DNA of 64,000 nucleotides, taken from positions 304,420,001 to 304,484,000 of the forward strand of contig OZ024742.1 in NCBI GenBank assembly GCA_964016885.1. The letters are read 5' to 3'. Each line of letters starts with the position of its first letter. The stretch's first letter is position 1. Below are positions 63,301 through 64,000 of this stretch, one piece after another. The translations under genes and the position numbers were made by a program. Under the pieces are notes generated by a model. The model did not search any database, was not told the DNA's origin, and was given only the letters and a program-made list of their open reading frames with translations. Origin of the DNA: Eledone cirrhosa (taxonomy: Eukaryota).

Positions 63301-63465
63301 ATAGTCTACTATGTGTGAATCTTTGCATGTGTGTATGATTATGCGTGGTTGTAGGTAAATGTATTTGTGTGTATATCTCTGTTTGTGTGTTGTTGTATGT
63401 ATTTGTGCGTATATGTTGGCGCGTGTGTGGTTGTATATATTAATGTGCGTATATGGTTGTATTTC

Positions 63466-63561
<96 letters not shown>

Positions 63562-64000
63562 CTTCTATGCAATTGTATGTCTGTGCGTGCTTATATATAT
63601 TTGTCTGTGTTCGTTTTAGTGCTGTTATTTTAATTTCACTAACGATCAGATGTAAACACAAACAAAAACTCAATAATATATTCAGTTATCTCCCTTCACA
63701 ACTTTCTAGGTTCAAATCAAGTTAAATTTGATTTTGCTTTCATCACTTCTAGGTCGATAAATTAAATATCAGTAAAAGTAATATATTCGATTCAATTGAC
63801 TATACTACTTGCACAAAACAAGAGTGGCTTTGTGCCAAAGCTAGAAACTAATATTGTATCGCCGAGGGAATGGACTAGAATTAAACTTTGAATCTCTTTA
63901 ATAAATAAGATACTGCGATTCTCAATCTTCTGTGTTCATAGTCTAAATCTAAATATCTCTATGATTGGTTCGCACATGTGTACCTTCTTGGCTTGCAATA

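Overview
AT-rich eukaryotic genomic DNA saturated with microsatellites. The SINE content suggests an octopus or other cephalopod (inference). The only host-gene coding sequence I can support is the first coding exon of a NOL4/NOL4L-like gene (22724-22957, +), inside a CpG- and triplet-rich region. No second exon is recognisable in the following ~41 kb, which is probably intron. Almost all listed ORFs are microsatellite translations. The rest is repeat-derived: about 25 tRNA-derived SINE copies from two families, RTE-type LINE 3' fragments, a decayed RLE-type retrotransposon fragment, a probable non-autonomous Helitron/Helentron and small DNA-transposon remnants. Two patterns stand out. (1) Several unrelated short fold-back elements sit in or next to (TA)n tracts and carry minimal type I hammerhead ribozyme motifs, the arrangement expected of Penelope-like element termini. 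One young family (3 copies, 6 motifs) has a compensatory U3-A8 core (TTGAAAA instead of CTGANGA) that canonical searches would miss. (2) There are repeated local inverted duplications of flanking DNA centred on (TA)n tracts. All calls are by eye; no database search or folding program was run.
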